The notes: generated by a model not told the origin, from the sequence alone. A stretch of 64,000 bases of DNA from Octopus vulgaris (GCA_951406725.2 OX597822.1:57474001-57538000); one strand, 5' to 3'; positions 37,373 through 51,570 are shown, counted from the stretch's first letter. Made by a program: numbers and translations.

Positions 37373-40159
37373 GTAAGACTTTTACCCTTTATTCCCTCCA
37401 ATTCTATACAAATTCACCTCAGTTGCCTTTTATGTTTTCGCTTCATTTAGTAATCTACATTCATTAAAAAGTCTTGAATAAAAACATTTATGATATTTGT
37501 TCCTCTCTCTATGTAAATAATTTCTCCCCCCCCCCTCCAGATATGATTAATTAGATGACATTAATGACAGATAGATTATGAGAATTATCTGTTATCAGTT
37601 GTACTTTTGTATGTAAATCGTCAGTCTCGGAGATATCTTCTCCGTTTCAGGAATTACAGTGGATGCTGTCAAGACGTCATTGCAATGTGACAGGATAACT
37701 GTTCTGAGAAACGGTTCTCTCATATTCCCTTGTTAATTTACGTTTGACTAAAAAAAAAAATCTAATAGATTATAAAGCGATCAACAATTATTAATTAACT
37801 GGAAATTTATTATTAATATGAATTAATCCATTTTTATTTTCATGTTGATAGTTTGTAAGCTATCTCAATTCAAAAAAAAAAAAATTTCTAAATATATCTC
37901 TATTCAGATTCTAACGATTTTTTTTTTTTTGTCTATCATTTGAACAAACCATTTCGTCCAACAAGAAACAAGTGGTTTGCTTCGATTTAAAGAGCTTTCA
38001 GTTGAAGATTGCGCAGTATTGTGTGTCTATCAGCTTTTTATTCGGTTGTAATAGTTTCATCGAATATTCCAGATGTATTGCGATATAATGACGTACATTA
38101 TATGTATGTGTATCCCCTCTCGTTCTCTCTCTCTCTATATATAAATATATAGTTATGTATCTGTGTAGTGTATACTTACATAAGTTTTCTGCCCTGCCAG
38201 AATATACGAAATTGTATTATATCGACATGAATATAGATATATATAAATTTGTTTTTACTGATGTATTTTTTGACAAGGCGACATTGCTAGACATTCTTCA
38301 AAATGTATTACGATCGTTTTGAATCAATGCCGGTATATTGCTTGTACTAATTCCTTAAACATCTCAGGGATGGTGAAAGTCATGGTCGACTCGGGCGAGA
38401 TTTCAACATGAGAGAGTGAGATTAAGGCTTAGCTATTTTAAAAAGTATTTAGAAACGGTTTTCAGTAAAACTGCTTGGATGACCATCATGTTTTTTTGTG
38501 AAACTTAAGCGGATTTTTAATTGACAATTTTTTTAAATGCTCTGCAAGAAAGAATGTTGTATTGTGGCTAACGTGCTTTTAAGATCGTTCACGACTTAAT
38601 GTGGATCGAAACAGGTTCGCCGCCTTGGTCAGTTTTGAGTCGTTACATGTAAAATCAGTATTAATATTTGTGATGCCTTAAAAGGTTAAAATGCTGAACT
38701 AATAACGTTAACGGATATTACTCAATTCTGAATTCAAATCTGTCTCGTGTCGAAGTACCAGTTCTATACACAAAGAATTTGAGTTAACTAAATCCACTGC
38801 TCTACGATGTTTAAATTGAAAAACTACATACGTGTATATATATATATAAATAAATAAATGATTGCTAGCATGCTCTCTCTACATTAATTAAATCTGTATT
38901 GCTTATCAACTAAAATGACACTAGTTTTCAGTTCTACCAATAACCAGTTATATACTTTTTAGTCACACAGGTGTATATAATGTGTAGTGTAAGCGCGCGC
39001 ACACATCTATATATATAATATAGTTTGAGGTATGCATGTGTGCATGTATAGATTGTGTAGACATGTATATGTATAGGTGTATTTATATGTCTATCGTTTT
39101 ATAGAAAGAAATGTGTTAAGAACGTATTTCTTTCATATCTTATGTCAGTTGCTTTGCTACTATCTCTCATCCGAATACTCTCTTCCGTTTTTTTTTTTTT
39201 GCTCTTTTACATCGCATCGATTTTATTCTAATATTATTAAAAACGAAATTCCTTAACTCAAAATTTGAGAGATGCATTTTAAATACTTTTTTTTTTTTTT
39301 CTTTTTACTCTTTCTCTCCACCTCTTTTCATCTATTTCTTTCTGGCGTAAGACGTTAATAGTTCGATAACATGTTATAATAGAGGAAGAATCAGATACTA
39401 AAATATAAAGATTATTACACTAGAAAGCTGACTCGAAGATGATCGAAACTACGTGGAAGTAAACGTATGCGGAACTTAATGTTCATGAGGTTTCTTGGAA
39501 TTCCTAAAAGTATGGTTGGCAGTGATCACGCTTTTAAAAACCTTTCTGTGTCCATGTGTGACAAAGATTTTGAATTTAGCTTTTTTTTTCTTTCCATATA
39601 TATATATATATGCCATTCATTTTTTTCTTCGTAATCAAACTGCTATGATCTCATTTGGTTTTAAGGGTGTTTTTTTTATCTTCTATCAGCATTCTCGTGG
39701 TTGTTAGATCAACTGATAAAAATATGACTTCTTTTCTCTCAATTAGTACTATACCAATGATTGCTGCTGTTCTTGCTCTACCATAGTTTTTATGTACAAT
39801 AAACAATATATCTGACAGAATCTGGATTCTGTTAAAGTCTACTATAATAATGGTAATAATTCTTTCTAATTTTGGTACGATGCCAACAGTTTTAGAGGGA
39901 GTGCATTAGTCGATTACGTTGATTCCAGTACTTATTTTATTGACCCCGAAAGGATGAAAGGGATAGTTGACCATTCGGTCACCTATTCGGGGTCAATGAA
40001 ATAATAATGGTGGCGGTAGTGGCGATGAAAGAATAGAAACTGTATCACATCTCATGCACTATATATATATATAATCTGGGTAATGACCTGATTGCGTGCT
40101 TTCCGAAAGTCGGCTACCAAATGCTGTCATAGAGAACTTCTTTCACTGGTATATACATA

Positions 40160-40536
40160 GGCGCAGGAGTGGCTGTGTGGTAAGTAGCTTGCTAACCAAC
40201 CACATGGTTCCGGGTTCAGTCCTACTGCGTTGCATCTTGGGCAAGTGTCTTCTGCTATAGCCCCGGGCCGACCAATGCCTTGTGAGTGGATTTGGTAGAC
40301 GGAAACTGAAAGAAGCCTGTCGTATATATGTATGTTTGTGTGTCTGTGTTTGTCCCCCTAGCATTGCTTGACAACCGATACTGGTGTGTTTATGTCTCCG
40401 TTACTTAGCGGTTCGGCAAAAGAGACCGATAGAATAAGTACTGGGCTTACAAAGAATAAGTCCCGGGGTCGATTTGCTCGACTAAATGCGGTGCTCCGGC
40501 ATGGCCGCAGTCAAATGACTGAAACAAGTAAAAGAG
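40160..40536 (+). mobile_element. Full-length family-A SINE, young copy
   Basis: Near-identical to 701-1091. Confidence 0.9.
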
Positions 40537-43032
40537 TATGTGGAGCTAACAACGAGACATTAAAGGTATCTAGCAGTGCTCTGGACCCTACTCATCTGAA
40601 GACTCGCAGCTACACAGCTATTGTTGGATCATATTAATGCAATTATGTAATTCAGCAATTACCAGTTGACACTGTGCCGAAACAATTGTAGTGATTTGGA
40701 ATAAAGCTTGTTTGTTCCATCTTCTCGTATTAAAATTCCTGTGTGTAGAGAAAGGCAAGTATGGTATCTAAAATGTACTTTGGGACTTTCTTGAAAGCAT
40801 GTTGGAATATTTGTTGAAATTCAGACTAGATCAATGTTGAAATAATTCCCAAGTTCTCGAGAGACGGGGCCTTTGGATAAAGAAAAAATATATTATCTAT
40901 ACGGATGTTTAGGACACCGAAATCTGTTCTAATTTTTTTTAAGTGGGACATCCTTTTCTCTGGTTTTTTTCACACGCATAGCTATTCATTCTCTCTCTCT
41001 TTCTCTCTCTCTCTCTCTGGTTGGCTTATATCTTGCCTCTGGAAAGAGACATGCTTACTGATTTGTCTTTTGGATACGGGTAAATAAAAAATGCTTTTGA
41101 GAAACCATTTTAAATTCCGATAGCTACGAGTTTTGTAAAAACAGTCGTGTGTGTGAAAACAGACAGTAGCTTGTGTAAAAGGTGTGACAAAAGACTGATG
41201 CTATCAGACGAGTAGAACGGATCCGCTTTTGATTTTGGCTTTCAGCTGGTTTCAGTATCTGAAATATTCAGCCTCTTAATGCTCTATTTTTAAAAAAAAA
41301 ATTATGTTGGAAGAAAAGCATTAGTGAAATTGTGCTTAAAATTTAGTTGCTAATCCTAAACAGCCTAATAGCAATCCTATAAAGTTCAACATTGTAAACA
41401 TTGAATTAATCTTCGGTTATGTAGAGTTTGTACTGTGAACTTTCTTATACAATAGTGATACTTTAATTTTTTAAAGTGCAATTTGAGTTTTATTTGGGGT
41501 TTGTCTTTATGTTTATAAAGTTTACTACTGATTTAAATTATTTGTAATTCAATGGTCAAACTTTCAGATTAACTGCTTTGTTAATCGGTGTTGTTGGTAA
41601 TTTTAATTGTGCTTTGACTATTTTACTTCGCTCCTTATTATGTGACAGTTATAAACATAGCATCAATAAATATAAAATAGACATCATACCATCATCCCAT
41701 CCTTGTTTTGTGTGAAAAAATTTTTTTTAAATATCATGTCTGAGCTCGTTATTGTATAGATTTATTTTCTGCATCAAATTGTATCTATCCTTTTTAACAT
41801 TAAGATCTTGTTAAGTGACAAGCTGACAGGATCGTTAGCAAACTGGACAACTTGCTTAGTAGCATTTCTTCCGGCTTTACATTCTGAGTTTAATATCTGC
41901 TAAGGTCGGTCTAATCGAGTAGCTCCTTCCCCAGACTTTCTGGGCTTGTACCTATTGTAGAAATATTAAGATCTCATGCTCAGAGTTAAGGTAGGAGCAG
42001 AGAGATGCTGAAGAAAATTCAGGAGACTGGAATTAGAATTTTTCTTTTTTATCATACGATTTTGTTAAAAAAAAATAGAAAATATTCTTACAATAAGTAT
42101 AGAAATTACTGGTAACTTTAAATATATCAAATATTTGTATTTTCTTGTTTTGGATTAGAATTTTTCTGTTGGTAACTACCTACATAGTTAATATGAGGTA
42201 AAAATAGCCCAATTGTTTTATTGATTTTGTTAAATCAATAAGTATGTTCTTAAATAGATCAAGTAATTTACCACTAACAGGTGTAATTTTCCAAATTGTT
42301 AATCTATGCGCTTGTGAGCCATTTACTCATGCATTTGGCCTGTTTCATTAGTTTTAACTTCTCAACAGCTCCTATTTCTTAATATTTCTTCTCCCAATCA
42401 GGCACACACACACACATCAAAATAAATGCAGTTATTTATTTTGATGTCAAGGGGGTACAATGGCCACGATCCTTCATAGGACATCTGTGACTCATGGGTA
42501 TGAGGAGGGACATCTTCTCAGACAAGAGACCAGGCCTAATTGTAGAAATGGATTCTACTAAAGGCACCCAGGATGCCAGTGTTGAACCAAGCAGCAGATT
42601 GCTTACTACCCTCGTAGGCAGCAACAGGTTTGAACTCGAGACTGGGTCCCGAGTTGTAAAGAGTCGGTGAAAATACCACAAGGCATTTGATCTGGCATTG
42701 TTACTGTTCTGTCAGTTCGTCGTGCAGGATTGGTACTTTTTTTATCAAAACTTATAGATAAAAGGCAAAGTCGACTTTGCAGAATTTGAACTCAGAATGC
42801 CAAGTGTCAGAACAAATATCTTGGTACATTCTATCCAGTGCTCTTACAATCCTGCTAGTTTACTATTTGGTACTGGAGATGTGAAACACCTGCAACTGAT
42901 TGTGTAAATGTTTAAAGTTACATTTTTGTCCACTTGTGCAGAATTCTCCCTCTCCCCCCTCCAAACCATCCCCGGTGACGATGAAGACCAGTTACTTTTT
43001 TTTTTTTTTTTTTTACAATATAGTGTCAGTTA

Positions 43033-43394
43033 CTCTTTTACTTGTTTCAGTCATTTAACTGTGGCCATGCTGGAGCACCACCTTTAGTCGAGCAAATCAA
43101 CCCCAGGACTTATTCTTTGGAAACCTAGTGCTTATTCTGTCAGTCTCTTTTTGCCAAACTACTGTTACAGGGACGTAAACACACCACCATCGGTTGTCAA
43201 GCGATGTTGGGGGACAAACAGACACACTTGCGTATATATGCATATATACGATGGGCTTCTTTCAGTTTCCGTCTACCAAATCCACTCACAAGGCTATAGT
43301 AGAAGACACTTGCCTGAGGTGCCACGCAATGGGAATGAACCCAGAACCATGTGGCTAGTAAGCAAGCTACTTAGCACACAGCCTCTCTTGCACC
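43033..43394 (-). mobile_element. Family-A SINE, inverted relative to 40160-40536
   Basis: Reverse-complement match with a small internal deletion. Confidence 0.88.
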
Positions 43395-43815
43395 TAGTTG
43401 AATTTTTTTAGCAAATACACAATGTAGATTGGATTTTTTTTTCTTCCAAAAAGTTGATTGTCGTATCATTTATATAACCTTTTAACAAAGTTTATGCATT
43501 GATGTAACCAAGGAGCCATCTACCCCCTCTCCCTTATCACTTTCTCTAGCTATGTCAAAACTCATATAGGCTCTAATAACAATTACATCTTACCTCTGCT
43601 TTAATTCAAGCACCACAAGAAACAGAAAGTAGGGGATAGAGAGTGTCTCTCATTGGCAGACAAATTTAGAATGTAACACATGCTCATTTGACCTGCTCAG
43701 AATTACAGATAAATCTCACAAATCATATTCTATCAACTTAAAGATTATACTGAAACAGTGTAGTTCCTGATACACAGAACAACAGGATTACCACAATTGG
43801 AACTATACAACAGCT

Positions 43816-43955
43816 CATCATCATCATCATTTAGCGTCCGTTTTCCATGCTAGCATGGGTTGGACGGTTCTGCTGGGGTCTGTGAAGCCAGAAGGCTTCA
43901 TCAGGCCCAGTCAAATCTGGCAGTGTTTCTACGGCTGGATGCCCTTCCTAACGCT
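43816..43955 (-). mobile_element. RTE-type 3' tail element
   Basis: (CAT)n TTAGCGTCCGTTTTCCATGCTAGCATGGGTTGGACGG...GGATGCCCTTCCTAACGC. Confidence 0.8.
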
Positions 43956-44379
43956 CAGTTTACTAGAAATCATTCTTATTTCTGATTTCTATTTTGCTGG
44001 CATGGGTTGGATGGTTAGACAGGATGCAGGGGTTAGGAAGATCATGACTGGCTCTAGTGTCTCAATTTTAGTATGCTCTCTAAAGCTGGATGCTTTTTGT
44101 TATGCCAACCACCATACAGAGTGAATTGGGTACTTTTCTCATGATATCAGCACTATTTATGTCATGTTGTAACTCACAAGACTAAAAAAAAAAAGCCCCA
44201 CTCGTGCCTGAGAGAGAGAGAATATAGTTGTCACTTTATGCAAGGTGTTGAGAGGTTGATGTATGACAAGTTTGACAAGTAGACAAGTTTGTTGAGGAGA
44301 GTCAGAGATATTTTGCATTTGATATTAGTGAATGGGGCAGCTGAAGTGGTGCAACCAAGAGAGGTGGCCTCTAATATAA

Positions 44380-44910
44380 ACTTCCATGCTTAGAACTTTT
44401 CCATAGTGAGGTCCAGGTTCAGTTCTACTTTGAGGAACTATGGGCAAATGTCTTCTACAATAAGCCCAGGTCAACCAAAGCCTTGTGAATAGATTTGGTA
44501 AACAGAAACCAAAAGAAGTCCATTGTGTATCATCATCATCGTTTAACATCTGCTTTCCATGCTAGCATGGGTTGGACAGTTCAACTGGGGTCTGGAAAGC
44601 CCAAAGGCTGCATCAGGCCAGTCAGATCTGGCAGTGTTTCTACAGCTGGATGCCCTTCCTAATGCCAACCACTCCGTGAGTGTGTGTGTTTATATATATA
44701 TTACTGTCTCCTTGCCATGACATTACCCTTTGGTTGTAAATGAGTGACACAATTATGCAAGTGATATCCTTCATTTATAATCTTCCATGAAAACGTGCCT
44801 GTTCATGGGGAAGTATTTCTTTACTTGGAAACAAGTGAGATTTGATGACAGAAAATCTGTCTCAACAAATTGTATCTGACCCATACAAACACAGAAAAGT
44901 GGACATTAAA
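44380..44910 (+). mobile_element. Family-A-head/RTE-tail SINE with an inverted RTE-tail element nested at about 44530-44680
   Basis: SINE core is interrupted at its TG-rich segment by (CAT)n GTTTAACATCTGCTTTCCATGCTAGC..., then resumes. Confidence 0.7.
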
Positions 44911-45218
44911 ACAATCTGTTTTTTGATATTGAATGTTTCCTGCTTTTGTAACTTGAATATTTTTTAACTAGTGTACCCATACAGTAAATAATGGAGTCAG
45001 ATGTGAGATATATTAATCTTAATAAAATGTATTGAATGTAATAAAATTTTACTATTAAAGGTTATTGCATAAATAATAGGTATTTGTTGTCTATTGATTT
45101 CTTACTACTTGTCAATATTTTTCTATATAAAAGATATATATTCATGGATACACACTGTACATATACACAGTGTGTGTGTTTTCTATAGCTGGATGATCCT
45201 TGTTAAGCATATATATTA

Positions 45219-46096
45219 TGTTACATTGGTAAGAAAGTTCTTGGACAAGTCATTGAAACCAATCCAATGCAAACTGCACTTCAACTTACGGTACAGTTTG
45301 GTGTCTCCCATGTTACGATCATCAACCACCTGCATTGTCTCAGCAAGGTCAGCAAGCTTGGAAAATGGGTACCACATGAATTGACTGAAGCGAACAAACA
45401 AGCACATGTCACTGCATGTCAAGGTCTGCTCTAGTGAGGCCAAAAGTTCTATTGGTTGGAGTCAGTAATCACTATGGGTGAAATGTGGGTACTGTCCTCC
45501 GTGAGACGCAGACGATCTTATTGCAGCAATTGTCAACAGCTAAAACCTTCACCAAAGGACTGCTTTTGCAAAAGAAAGTTATGATCTCCGTTTGGTGCGA
45601 TTGCCATGGTGTGATCATGTTGGATCTTCTTCCACACAATACCACCATTGACAAGGATGTCTACTGCGAACAAATCGACCGTCTAAAGATCGCGCTGGCT
45701 AAAAAACGCTCAAATTTGTAGAAGATAGTTTACCACCAAGACAACATGCCAGCACATCATGCAAAGAAGGTGTCCGAGAAGCTGAAGGAGGTGGGCTGGG
45801 AGATTATGGTGCACTCACTGTATTCTCCTGCCCTTGCCCCTTCTGACTACCACTTATTCTCTGCCTTGCAACATGCGATTGGCAATACAGTTTGAAAACA
45901 AAGATGTGAAATTGTTCCTTTACAACTTTATTGATTCAAAGCCACGCGATTTCTTAATGAAAGGATTCAAAACTTTACCTGAAAGATGGCAAATGGTGAT
46001 TACCTTTTGAATTGATTGTTCTTTGTTGTGTTTTTTTTTAATTGTTAATAAAGTGATATGTTAAAAGTGTCCAAGAACTTTCTTACCAAACTGATA
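45219..46096 (+). mobile_element. Internally deleted mariner (DD34D) transposon
   Basis: Perfect 22-bp inverted repeat at 45226-45247 / 46068-46089; KKVMISVWCDCHGVI...YHQDNMPAH...YSPALAPSDYHLF. Confidence 0.9.
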
Positions 46097-47659
46097 CATA
46101 CACACACACACACACACGTGGTATTAGTTTTAACATCTGCTTTTTCATGTTTGCATGAACAAGATAAAATTTGTGGAGGCAAATTTTTTTTAGTCAGATG
46201 CCTTTCCTGTTTCCAAGCAAGATTTCACTGAAGATTGAAATTGAAAAAATCATTTGTATGATAGTGGCACTCATTTACAACTCTTGTATATTGTCAAGAA
46301 AGTAGACACAGAAATATACAATGGGTTTCTATCAGTTTCCATCTACCAAATCCACTCACAAGGTTTTGGTCAGCTTGGAAATGTAGAAGACACTTGCTCA
46401 AAGTAACTTGCAGTCAGATTGAACCCCAATCCACATGGTTGGGAAGCAGGCTTCTCAGCAAGATAGTTCTGTCTGCAAGAACAACAACACACACACACAT
46501 GGGGTGGTGTATTCAGTGCCTGATGAAAAGAATACATCTTAATCAAAAATTTCCTCTTAGTTGCTTTTACCCACACACACACAGTGTATGCTTGCGCTTT
46601 GAAGGTTACAACTAAACATAAGTACAATATATATATATGTATGTATGTGTGTATATATAGACACACACATACACAGGTTGTTCACACATTACTCGCTCAA
46701 AGCAGGTCAGGATTGCATATGGTGATGATACCAATTATGGTTTCAACACAGATGGTGGCATTCCCAATGGAATCAAAAGTATTATTTTTTTAGAAATCTT
46801 TTAAACACACAGTTATAATGTTATTTGTAATATCAATAAAAAAAATACTCATATAAAACATTGTAACACAGGGATGGCTGTGATGGTAAATTTGCTTTGT
46901 AACCATATGGTTTGTGTTTCAACCACTTTGTGCAGTGCCTCGGACAGGTAATTATCTTCTAGTGTTGTGCCCATTTAACAAATGCCTTCTGAGCAGAATG
47001 ACACAAACTATTGGTTATCACCATGTTCTCTGCTTCCCATGCTAGCATGGGTTAGACAGTTCATTTGGTACCTACAATTGGGTGCCCTCTTAGCACCAGC
47101 TACTTTACAAAGTGTAGTGGGTATGAGTGTGCATATCCACTAATGTTGACATTCCACAGTTATGCTTGTCACCATCTAAACAGAATGATGTTTTGTATTT
47201 CTTGACTTTACCCACTGATCCCTGCAACTTGGAAAACAGATTATGGTGGTAACAGAAAGGGCATTCAGCTGTAAAATGTTGCTTCATCCTCCATCCAATA
47301 CATTGCTAGCTTGGAAATACATGTTAAATAAAAACAAAATTTCACAGGATGAGGTGTCTGTCTTTATTTACTTTTCTCAAGGATTACTGCCACCATCTTT
47401 GTTATTGTTTAGCTGTAGGTTAGCCCTGATTGCCATTCCATGATCAAATGCATTCCATCCTTTTCCTAGGTGCCTACTCAAGACCACATGAATTTTTTTT
47501 TTTTTTTTTTTCCAAGGTGCTAGGTTGTGATTTGATGGAGATTTGTCTGCTACTTCTTGCAATTTCAGTGAACATAGAGGTTCTTCCATTGACTTGTGTA
47601 AAACAACTTGGAATTTATGGTGTTTAATTTTTCATATCCCTTAATATAAACCCAGGTCT

Positions 47660-47880
47660 GAAGTCAGCTGACAGAACTGTTAGCAAGCCAGGCAAAATGC
47701 TTAAGCTACATTTCATCTGTCTTTATGTTATTCAAATTCTGCCATTGTTGCCTTTACCTTTTGTCCTTTTGAGGTTGATAAAATAAGTACCAGTTGAACA
47801 CTGGGGTCAGTGTAATTGACCTAACCCATCGCTTTAAATTGATTGCTGACTTTGTGCCAAAATTTGAAATCAGTATTAAT
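47660..47880 (+). mobile_element. Family-B SINE
   Basis: GCTGACAGAACTGTTAGCAAGCC head; GATAAAATAAGTACCAGTTGAACACTGGGGTC core. Confidence 0.75.
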
Positions 47881-47984
47881 GAAATGTAAGTGGATTATAT
47901 GTTTTTATGATACTCTCTTTTGAAAATGATTTCATATCAAAGAAAATTAATGCCATCTATTTTATTTGCAGGCGTGCCATCATA

Positions 47985-48105
47985 ATGGCTGTGAATGTTT
48001 TCAGCACAAATGCTACAGTAGGAGACCTCAGTAGGCATGATATACTTGCTTGGTTGAATTCAAGCTTGGATTTAAATTACACAAAAATTGAAGAATTGTG
48101 TACAG
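47985..48105 (+). CDS. MAPRE1: EB1/MAPRE microtubule end-binding protein, coding exon 1 (exon starts at 47972)
   Basis: Acceptor TTTATTTGCAG; [40 protein letters not shown] plus G; donor GTATTT; 121 nt. Confidence 0.95.
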
Positions 48106-48141
48106 GTATTTCTCTTTTTACATTAACCCTTCAGCATTTAA

Positions 48142-49202
48142 CCCTTTCGTTACTATATTTCTGACCAAAATACACCCCGTATGTGTTTCAATTAACTTCT
48201 AACATAATCATAAATTTATTCTGGTTTCATTAAACAACTATAACTTTTTTATTTATCAATATATTAACGTGAATTTTGGAAGATAATTTAATGAAATGTT
48301 CTCAACCAATTCTATACCATAATTTTTGTCACAAAGTGACTCTAATTGCAGGTAAATACAGGTAAATTCTATAAAATTATTAAAATTTTGTTCAAACATC
48401 GCTATAGAAAATGGGTTATTAAGCTAATATTCAATTGGGTATATAACAAAATTTTATGATAGAATTTGTTATTCTGGGTAACTTTCTGATACCCATAATA
48501 ATATTTATGGCAAAATAGTCTTAATTTCATTTAAGGTTATGGGAAACAACTAACTATGCTTTCTTTCGTTTTGTTTACATTTAGCGTAATGGTTCGTTTC
48601 CGCCGTAATGATTTCAAATAGGCTCATTCGAAAAAGTAAAAAGAAATAGTCTAAGGCTTTACTCTTCTGGGAAAGTCTGTGGCTTGGTCCAGTTTCTTCA
48701 GAAAAATCACCGAAAGAAACAGTTTTTAAATTTTCACTCCATTCAGGTGCCAATTCATTTTCTTTATCGCTGTCGGAGCTCTCGGATTCACTGTTTTCAC
48801 TTTCGGAAAATGAAACATCAGATTCATTATGAAATACCACATGCTTTTTTTTTTTCAGTCATAGAGTTAGATTTATGAAGGTCTTCAGTAGAAAATCCTT
48901 CGAATTCTGACTCGCTGCTTGATATAATGAAATTCGTATCCATTTTTTGTCAGAATTACAAATTTTGAAAACACAATAGGAACAAATTTCGGAAAAAAAT
49001 CTCCCAAAATTCACAGAATTAAAATTACACTTCGATTTTTGTACAAAACTGTAGTTGAACTCTTTACGAAGTATGATACGTATTTTCACGAATGTACTAA
49101 AGAGATTTGCTCTGATATTCTCATTTAAATATGAATAGGTAAATTTGGGCGGTTTGGTCACATTAACCAAAATTTTTTCCGGGCGGTTTGGTAACGAAAG
49201 GG
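48142..49202 (-). mobile_element. Internally deleted piggyBac transposon nested in a MITE
   Basis: TTAA TSDs at 48138-41 and 49203-06; perfect TIRs CCCTTTCGTTAC / GTAACGAAAGGG. ORF 48550-48840 has an acidic N-terminus and ALDYFFLLF..LFEIITAETNHYA, typical of piggyBac transposases. Confidence 0.9.
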
Positions 49203-50689
49203 TTAAACCAGCCATATCTGGCCCAGATCCATGCCCAACTGAACAATGATTATTCTTAAAATAATCACATCGTTGAAATCTTAAAGCTATAATGCATTAT
49301 GTTTGCCAGGGTATTCTGAATGGTAAAGTGTTAAAGCTTAATTTACTCATTCAAAATACTGATTTTAGGCCATTATCCCTCATTAATTGCTTTTCCACAC
49401 TAACTAATCTAGATGATAGCGAAAGCAAATCCTTACATATGCATTCAAGTAAGGGCACATTACTTTGCAAATTTAATTTCATTATCAATGCTACCATTGT
49501 GTCATAAAAAGATTAAGTCCAAAGAAAATGGACTTAATTCATATTGTACAAGTTCTGGATTGAACAATCATCTAACTGCAAGCTCATGTGATATGTATCT
49601 AAACCTTTGTCATTATGGAAAAACTATTCAGTTATGTGGTGAAAATTTTGCTTCCCAACCAAATGGTTCCAGATTCTGTCCAACTTTGTGGCTCCTTGGA
49701 CTGACCAAAATGTTGTACATGGATTTGGTAGGTGGAAAGTGGAAGGAGTCCGTCATGTGTGAGTGTGAGAGAGAGTTTCTGTTTTGCTCCTCCCACCACC
49801 ACTTGACAACTAGTGCTGGTTAGTTTTACAACCCTATAACTTCACAGTCCAGCAAAAGGGACTAAGTACTGGGTGGGGTGAGGAGGGTTTGATTTGTTCA
49901 ACTGTAACCCCCTTCAAGGCAGTGCCATAGCATGGCCATAGTCCAGTGACTGAAACAAGTAAAAAGGAAAAAATTGCTGCTGCAGCTGTTTTAACCCTCG
50001 GTCATGTTTGGGAAAACCTATGATCATAAATATTCAGTTTTGAGCATATAGTACTTGGCAACTTGCAGAAGTTTTAACTGTTATTTCTAGTTGTTTGAGT
50101 AACCTTTCTGAGATTCCCTTATTGGCTCAATTATTGATTTATCAATATAGTTTCTAAAATCTGACTGGCTGGAATAGACTTTTTTTTTTTTTGTATTTGG
50201 TACAAAGGGTGGTGGTGATTGGCTGCAATCCCCTGCTTTCCAAGCATCTTCGGAGGCAGTTGAAAGGGAGTGTTTAAGCTAATTGCTGTACTCTCCAGCA
50301 ACCATTATTTGTTCATATTTTGTGCAGATTAGTCTGCTCTCATGCATGGTTGTGTGGTTATGTTCAGCTTATGACCACATGGTTCTCAGTTCAATCACAC
50401 AGAGATAGTGACATACTATTCCCTCAGTTTAACCTACACTTTCAGAGTTAGGTTTGTAGAGGAAAACTGCACAGAAGCCTACATATGTATGTTTATACTT
50501 ACCATTTTTACATTCATTTTCCATGTTTGCATGGGTTGAACAGATCTTTTCCAACACAGTGACATACCATTTGTTGTGTTCCATTGTCAAGTTAAACATC
50601 CTGATATAGCTTTCATTACTTCTGCTCATATCTTCCTTGGTCCTTCAACACAAAAAGACTAAGTGAAAAGAAAATGCTATTCTTGTTGT

Positions 50690-51570
50690 AGAAGTTCTTG
50701 ATAGGAAGATCATCTAACTGCAAGCGCCACTGTTTATTTGGACATCCTGATGATGGTCTTATACACAGAACAGTCAGTGCAGTTTAGATTGGAGGCTCAA
50801 CATTTAACTTTTTCCCCAGTTAGATCTGGTGTCAGTCAGGGTTGTGTCTTTGCTCCCACTCTGTTCAATGCCTGCGTGGATTTGATATTTTGCTGAATGG
50901 TGGTTCGATCAAGTTGTGCACTCATTGGTGAAACTAGAATTACAAGCCTAGATTTTGCTGAGTCTCTGGATGTCTTATAGAGCTTTCTCCTTTCACTGAG
51001 TAAGAAAGCGGGACCACTTGACCTTAAAGTCTCTTGGGTCACGACAAAGATCCATTCTTTCGTTGTCTTCCTGGAAGACTCTACTTTATCTGTTTCTATT
51101 GGGGTGAGAATGTCAAAGTGGTTGACCACTTCTCATTTCACCAGAAGATTCATAGCAGCATTAGCTGAAAGTCTAAAGTCCAGAAAAGACAAGAATGAGT
51201 TGGTGCAGTTGTGGACTCATTGGACAAGGATGTTTGGTGCTACCAATATCTGTGCAGGAGGACAAATGTTTGCCACTCAGAGACTGGGATGTGTCCTATT
51301 GCTTGTATGATTCAAGAATTCCAGCTCAGAATGTTTATCCAAGTTAGATCCTGCTCACTGTCTTCTCTTCACTGAAGATCTGGCTAGGTTGGCGGCTCAT
51401 GTTGGTCAACCATATGCCACATAATCACAGCAGAGGAGGAGGTGTCTGGCTGAGATAGGGACTAACTGGGACTCTGCTTGACAGGTTGCCTATGTGAACC
51501 TGGGAGTATATTGACAAATGGTGAATGAAGCAATGCACTGCAATGGTGCATACCCTCTCATCTGACCAAT
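50690..51570 (+). mobile_element. RTE-like LINE RT and 3' fragment, degenerate
   Basis: FFPVRSGVSQGCVFAPTLFNACVD...ITSLDFA matches SGVRQGC.LAP.LFN...DLDFADD. Confidence 0.8.
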
